Virus record (IMG/VR): IMGVR_UViG_3300036770_007703
Span: 21,289 to 85,288 of that record
DNA from: a virus
Length of the DNA: 64,000 nucleotides
Strand: one strand, 5' to 3'
Shown here: positions 59,887 through 64,000 of the stretch, piece by piece
How positions within the stretch are numbered: position 1 is the stretch's first letter
Layout of the letters: every line of letters starts with the position of its first letter
The notes under the pieces: generated by a model
The model's input: the letters and a program-made list of their open reading frames with translations, nothing else
What the model was told of the DNA's origin: nothing
Databases searched by the model: none
Translations under genes and position numbers: made by a program

Positions 59887-62385
59887 ATGGCCTACGTCGT
59901 AAACAATTCACGCGGACAAGTTATCGCTGTAGTACAAGATGGCACCATCAATACCAACGCTACCAGCGTGACATTGGTGGGCAAAAACGTCACTCCCTAC
60001 GGCGAATACGAGGTAGAAAACCTCGTCAAAACCCTGGAAAACTTTGCCGACGACACACCGCCCATCAACGCCATCGAAGGGCAGCTATGGTGGGACACTG
60101 GCACAGATCAGCTCAAGGTCTGGACCGGTGACGCCTGGTCCGTGGTGGGATCGGTGATTGTGAGTCCGATCACACCGTCGGGCACCATCAACGTGGGCGA
60201 TCTCTGGTTCAACAGCAACAATTATACCATGCAGATCTATGCCGAGACCATGTCGGGGTTCCAGTGGATACCGGTGTATGTGATTCCCATAACCAATACC
60301 GAACCCACCTCTGGCATCGATGGCAGCCTTTACTACAACAATGTCAGCAACCAACTGTTCATACGCAGCGGTGGAGCCTGGCAGCTGGTGGGACCTGACA
60401 ATCTCCTGGGCTATGGTACCACGAGATGGCAGAGTCAACTGCTTTTGGATGTGTCTAGCATACCAAGGCCAGTGATCATCGGCTACGTGAATGGTGTAGC
60501 ACAGTCCATACTCAGCAACACTGAATTCACTATCCGTGCCGATGTGCGCCCCACTGGATTCGAAGACATCAAAATCGGTCTCAATCTCAGTGCCACGGGC
60601 ATGCTGCAGGGTCGAGCTTCCTCGGCCGATCGATTGGCCACACCACGCACCATCAACGGTGTAGAGTTTGATGGTACCGGCAACATCGTGATTCCCACCG
60701 ACGGCGTCACTGAAATCGGTATCATCGCCGGCCCGGGCATATCGGTGGGCAACAGTCCGGTCACTAGCTCGGGCAATATCACCATCAACAACACCGGTGT
60801 CACCAGCCTTTCCGTGGGCGCCGGTCTACGAGCCACTGCCACCACAGGACAAGTGGGCATCGTCAACACCGGTGTGTTAGATGTTCAAGGCGGTGAAAAT
60901 GTCATAGTGACATCGGCCAACGGCATAGTCACTGTGAGTGCACCTGGTGTGCGCGGTCCACAAGGTCCCATTGGACCGCAAGGTCCTGCAGGACCGCAAG
61001 GCCAAAACGGTCAAAACGGAGATCGATATCTTTGTTCCAGCAGCACCGAGCTCGAGCTATTTGCTGGAAGTTCCACGCGAGTGGTGTTTGTGCCACTGGG
61101 ATTGGCATACAGTCCTGGCCAGAGTGTGATCGTTGCCAACAGCGCCTCCAATTATTTCGAAGGCACGGTGCTAAACTACAGTGCCAGCAACGGACGCTTG
61201 GAGTTTAGACCAGTCAATGTTTTTGGAAGCGGTACTTACAGCTCCTGGACCGTGAACCTGGGTGGTGCTACCGGACCCCGCGGTCCACAGGGCGAAACTG
61301 GTGCCACTGGACCACGAGGCACAGCCGGTCCGGCTGGAGATCGATACAGTTCTACCAGTTCGACTCCTTTGATGGTGGGCAACGGATCGCGCAGTTTCTA
61401 CGTGGGCGTGGGCTACAGTTACAGTATCGGTCAGTATGTGGTCATCAGTAATTCGCCCAGCATTTACATGGAGGGTCGGGTCACTGCCTACAACAGTTCA
61501 TCGGGACTGATAACAGTAGAGGTATCTACTTCACGTGGCAGCGGTACTTACAGTTCATGGAGCGTAAATCTAGCTGGATTGCCGGGACCACAGGGTGCCA
61601 CGGGACCACAAGGACCAGAAGGACCCATGGGGCCGCCCGCCCAGGCCGCAGGTCCACAAAACAGTTTCCAATACAATGCTTCGGGTGCGTTTTATGGTGC
61701 CAGTCGTGTGCTGTATGAAAGCTCGGGAGGAAGACAATTCTTCACTGTCACCGGCGACAGCAGCGACGATGCCGGGGTGTTTTACCGCAAGAGCGGTGTG
61801 GCACAACTAGCCGGCACTGGCATAGTCAAAGAGTCTACCAACTACTTCGTGGCCGGCTGGATAGGTTCTACGGGCAGTAAAATTGGCATCGAACCCGGTG
61901 TCAACGGCAACATCCAACTCGAGGTGCAATCTGGCGGAAGAGTCAAATTGCCACAGGCCAGTCAAGTATCAATACTGGGCGGTGCCAATGGACAGTTACT
62001 CAGCACCGATGGCAACGGAAACCTGCGTTGGGTCACTGTGGGCGGCAATGAATGGAACGGCAATCTCACCTCTCCCAGCGGTTGGGCCAGGGCTTCCAAT
62101 GGATTGACGTTCCAGTGGGGGCGTGCTGTGACCGGCAGTGCCGGTCGTACCAGCATTGTTTTTCCTGTGACATTTACGCAGGCCTGTTTTTCGGTACAGA
62201 TCATGGAACTCAATGCACAAGGATGGGCAGCTTCATCGTCGACGTCTGAGCCCACAGTGTATGGAACTTACAATCCTCCCACTCGTAGTGGATTCACAGC
62301 CCAAGGCGTGCGTGTCAAATCAGCGTCAGGCACTGCACCAGGTGAATCTGGTTTGAGTTTTCAATGGTTCGCTATAGGATTCTAA
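59887..62385 (+). CDS. tail fibre protein with collagen-like repeats
   Basis: LENFA...P...EGQLWWDT attachment-like N-terminus; TPRTINGVEFDGT; three (GXY)n tracts; C-terminal NGLTFQWG...FP..F...C...WFAIGF; TAAATA at 59859. Confidence 0.85.
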   Translation: MAYVVNNSRGQVIAVVQDGTINTNATSVTLVGKNVTPYGEYEVENLVKTLENFADDTPPINAIEGQLWWDTGTDQLKVWTGDAWSVVGSVIVSPITPSGTINVGDLWFNSNNYTMQIYAETMSGFQWIPVYVIPITNTEPTSGIDGSLYYNNVSNQLFIRSGGAWQLVGPDNLLGYGTTRWQSQLLLDVSSIPRPVIIGYVNGVAQSILSNTEFTIRADVRPTGFEDIKIGLNLSATGMLQGRASSADRLATPRTINGVEFDGTGNIVIPTDGVTEIGIIAGPGISVGNSPVTSSGNITINNTGVTSLSVGAGLRATATTGQVGIVNTGVLDVQGGENVIVTSANGIVTVSAPGVRGPQGPIGPQGPAGPQGQNGQNGDRYLCSSSTELELFAGSSTRVVFVPLGLAYSPGQSVIVANSASNYFEGTVLNYSASNGRLEFRPVNVFGSGTYSSWTVNLGGATGPRGPQGETGATGPRGTAGPAGDRYSSTSSTPLMVGNGSRSFYVGVGYSYSIGQYVVISNSPSIYMEGRVTAYNSSSGLITVEVSTSRGSGTYSSWSVNLAGLPGPQGATGPQGPEGPMGPPAQAAGPQNSFQYNASGAFYGASRVLYESSGGRQFFTVTGDSSDDAGVFYRKSGVAQLAGTGIVKESTNYFVAGWIGSTGSKIGIEPGVNGNIQLEVQSGGRVKLPQASQVSILGGANGQLLSTDGNGNLRWVTVGGNEWNGNLTSPSGWARASNGLTFQWGRAVTGSAGRTSIVFPVTFTQACFSVQIMELNAQGWAASSSTSEPTVYGTYNPPTRSGFTAQGVRVKSASGTAPGESGLSFQWFAIGF

Positions 62386-62408
62386 ACACCGATTTTTGCC
62401 AAAAGTGG

Positions 62409-62437
62409 TTGACAAGGTATAAATAAACTCATACAAT
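62409..62437 (+). promoter_or_regulatory. composite promoter: sigma70 with embedded T4-type late TATAAATA
   Basis: TTGACA (62409)-17 nt-TACAAT (62432); TATAAATA at 62418-62425. Confidence 0.8.
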
Positions 62438-62444
62438 AGATGCT

Positions 62445-62576
62445 ATGATGACTTCAACACTATCACTGATATCCAAATTGCATGGTTGCCAGATCCAGGT
62501 GATGCCAGCCTATTGGCCCACATCAGGATCCACCTTCCGTGCGATTGAGAATAGTGATCATGGGGGGTCCAGGTAG
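62445..62576 (+). CDS. putative attenuator leader peptide (43 aa, all 20 amino acids)
   Basis: MMTSTLSLISKLHGCQIQVMPAYWPTSGSTFRAIENSDHGGSR*; ATG at predicted +1; stop lies inside the antiterminator 5' arm. Confidence 0.6.
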   Translation: MMTSTLSLISKLHGCQIQVMPAYWPTSGSTFRAIENSDHGGSR

Positions 62577-62609
62577 ATCGAATTGTAGCACCAAATCTAT
62601 CAGGACCCT
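62564..62609 (+). promoter_or_regulatory. antiterminator hairpin
   Basis: 62564-62578 pairs with 62595-62609 (14 of 15 pairs), overlapping the terminator 5' arm. Confidence 0.65.
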
Positions 62610-62639
62610 GGAACTAAACACTCCAGGGTTTTTTGTTTT
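62603..62639 (+). terminator. intrinsic terminator
   Basis: ACCCTGGA/TCCAGGGT stem followed by TTTTTGTTTT. Confidence 0.85.
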
Positions 62640-62640
62640 A

Positions 62641-62757
62641 CGCGCCCGGCAACGAGGGCCAGACGGCGCGCAACAAATGGTCAAACGGGCGGAGTCTGGG
62701 ATGAACATCGCGGCGGTAACGCGATCAGTAAAATCAGCAGGCAGGGGACGGCCCTGC
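62641..62757 (+). ncRNA. candidate structured RNA (H-type pseudoknot plus hairpins)
   Basis: CGCGCC/GGCGCG; loop GGCCA with TGGTC; ATCGCG/CGCGAT; GCAGGG/CCCTGC. Confidence 0.45.
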
Positions 62758-62775
62758 GATGTGGAGACTGTGCGG

Positions 62776-62804
62776 TTGACCAATAATTGGTGATTTGCTA
62801 TACT
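62776..62804 (+). promoter_or_regulatory. second sigma70-type promoter of RNA cluster
   Basis: TTGACC-17 nt-TATACT with TG extended -10. Confidence 0.7.
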
Positions 62805-62823
62805 GGCAGAACAGTAAGCAATG

Positions 62824-62835
62824 CGCTCTTTAACA
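62824..62835 (+). promoter_or_regulatory. boxA (NusB-NusE) antitermination element
   Basis: CGCTCTTTAACA matches the rrn/nut boxA consensus, about 20 nt after the -10. Confidence 0.75.
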
Positions 62836-62866
62836 ACATGCACAGCGTGGCCCAGAAGTTGGGCCA

Positions 62867-63001
62867 CCATATTGAAGCACATTCGACACTGCGGCGTTCT
62901 GTCCATCCCTGTTTCGAAGCAGGATATCGCCAAGCATTTCAAACCCCGGTCGCTCCGGTCTGGTGCCTAAAAAAGAGATGGATGAGTGTGTTTCAATATG
63001 G
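62867..63001 (+). ncRNA. long-stem RNA cassette A
   Basis: CCATATTGAAGCACATTC / GAGTGTGTTTCAATATGG 18-bp closing stem. Confidence 0.6.
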
Positions 63002-63097
63002 GAGTAAGTGGGGACCGAAAAGTCCTCGGGCTGATCCCAGACGCTGCGACTCCGACAGATCGTGATCGGATAGGCCTGACAGCACCTCAACGCTGTC

Positions 63098-63193
63098 ACC
63101 ATATTAGAGCACCGCGTGAGACGGCATTGGTGTGCTGGAACCTTGAGAAAGGTATCGCTTGACTGGTTCGAATCCAGTGTGCTCTAATATGGT
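63098..63193 (+). ncRNA. long-stem RNA cassette B with internal T-arm-like hairpin
   Basis: ACCATATTAGAGCAC / GTGCTCTAATATGGT perfect 15-bp stem; CTGGTTCGAATCCAG inside. Confidence 0.6.
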
Positions 63194-63410
63194 AGAGAGT
63201 CAATGTTAAAAATGGGTATTCAGAGTATCCGTTCTTGAAAGGTGCAAATCCTGAAAGGGTGTAGTTGGGCGTGTTGCCTGAGCAAAGGTTGGATATCACC
63301 CAATCGCTATACACTGCATAGAGCCAAGTGACAACAACATGGACTCGCCATACACGGTCGAGGTGCACCCGATCATTTCTAAAGGTCACTGACACATCGG
63401 AAAGACGGTG

Positions 63411-63527
63411 ACCATAGTGAAGCACATTGCTCTCAGCAACACAGAGCATCCGCGGAGAGGACTGATCACGCTGGATTATTCATCCAGGCTGCACATTCGA
63501 CGACTCAGCAGTGTGCTTCACTATGGT
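63411..63527 (+). ncRNA. long-stem RNA cassette C
   Basis: ACCATAGTGAAGCACATTGCT / AGCAGTGTGCTTCACTATGGT 21-bp stem. Confidence 0.6.
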
Positions 63528-63613
63528 TCCTGTTCCCTGCGGCGGACTGTAAATCCGTTGCCTTAATATGCAGGGTGGCTGGCGGTTAGGTTCGATTCCT
63601 TCAGGGACCACCA
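63525..63613 (+). ncRNA. non-canonical tRNA-like RNA with Tyr (GTA) anticodon arm
   Basis: 8-bp acceptor GGTTCCTG/CAGGGACC + ACCA; GGCGGA-CTGTAAA-TCCGTT; TTCGATT loop; no D-arm. Confidence 0.6.
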
Positions 63614-63614
63614 T

Positions 63615-63769
63615 AATTATAGGTAAGCGACGATACTGGTATCGTCTATGGACGCATAGACTATGCGGGTCCTCCCAGCCGGGGACGGATCCTGATATAA
63701 CAGACCTCGGCTTCGGCGCACTTAGCGGTGTATGCCCAAATTGGTGTTTCTCGTCGCTTACCTATGATT
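63615..63769 (+). ncRNA. long-stem RNA cassette D (different stem sequence)
   Basis: AATTATAGGTAAGCGACGA / TCGTCGCTTACCTATGATT 19-bp stem between two tRNA-type genes. Confidence 0.55.
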
Positions 63770-63844
63770 GGTCTCAAAGTGTTCATGGACGCACACCAGC
63801 CTGTCACGCTGGCAGAAGGGGATCGTTACCCCTTGGGACCGCCA
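63770..63844 (+). tRNA. tRNA-Asp (GTC)
   Basis: GGTCTCA/TGGGACC-G-CCA; CCAGC-CTGTCAC-GCTGG; atypical T-loop ATCGTTA. Confidence 0.85.
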
Positions 63845-63850
63845 AGTTTT

Positions 63851-63925
63851 GCACCCATCATCTAGTGGTTAGGATATCGCCCTTTCACGGCGAGTACACC
63901 GGTTCGAATCCGGTTGGGTGTACCA
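63851..63925 (+). tRNA. tRNA-Glu (TTC)
   Basis: GCACCCA/TGGGTGT-A-CCA; TCGCC-CTTTCAC-GGCGA; TTCGAAT. Confidence 0.92.
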
Positions 63926-63933
63926 ATAGCTGT

Positions 63934-64000
63934 CGCGGGATGGAGAAGCGGCAACTCGCCAGCCTCATAAGCTGGAGATCGCAGGTTCGATTCCTGCTCC
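63934..64000 (+). tRNA. tRNA-Met (CAT), initiator-like 5' end, truncated by window end
   Basis: CGCGGGA start; CCAGC-CTCATAA-GCTGG; GCAGG-TTCGATT-CCTGC. Confidence 0.8.

Noticed and set aside
63001-63060. Hammerhead ribozyme (CGAAA and CTGAT present)
   Set aside because: The CTGANGA core is incomplete, and the motifs lie in hairpin loops in the wrong arrangement.
62523-63449. Track ORFs in the RNA region (62523-62942, 62539-62793, 62787-63065, 62830-63102, 63096-63449)
   Set aside because: They cross the terminator, promoter, boxA and long RNA stems, and have no SD or protein-like character.
63525-63613. tRNA-Sec
   Set aside because: It has an 8-bp acceptor, but the anticodon is GTA and there is no extended D-stem.
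62867-63769. CRISPR array
   Set aside because: The repeats are inverted pairs closing stems, not direct repeats with regular spacers, and no cas genes are present.

Overview
A 64-kb, almost entirely + strand, densely packed segment of a large T4-like (myovirus-type, possibly jumbo) dsDNA phage. Support: family B DNA polymerase, sliding clamp, RNase H/5' flap nuclease, DsbA-like protein, collagen-repeat tail fibre, TAAATA late-promoter motifs, sigma70-type promoters and a tRNA cluster. The ahpC/ahpD style suggests a betaproteobacterial host (inference). Regions: (1) 1-15.6 kb, a block of probable head-packaged proteins sharing a capsid-targeting-like N-terminus (MRAxEF..E) and built from enzyme domains and Cys/Lys-rich micro-modules joined by protease-type 'hydrophobic-X-E' linkers; (2) 15.6-25 kb, ahcY and replication genes; (3) 25-40 kb, a 7-deazaguanine cluster (TGT/DpdA-like, QueD paralogue with LxxxHRHxF, folE, queD, queE; no queC seen) mixed with glycosyltransferases, GalE, PRTase, MazG-like, HIT, a glycosylase, nadE and metK, with two candidate pseudoknot leaders; (4) 40-60 kb, accessory and metabolic genes including a minus-strand plcP/agt-like lipid-remodelling pair, tRNA-Ile2, ahpC/ahpD and a B12 radical SAM enzyme; (5) tail fibre, then a non-coding RNA region. 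The most striking signal is at 62.4-62.65 kb: a promoter, an apparently leaderless 43-codon peptide containing all 20 amino acids (33 different codons), and mutually exclusive antiterminator/terminator hairpins. This looks like a general translation-sensing attenuator upstream of a structured RNA, a boxA element, repeated long-stem RNA cassettes and tRNAs. All family assignments are from motifs read by eye; no searches were run.
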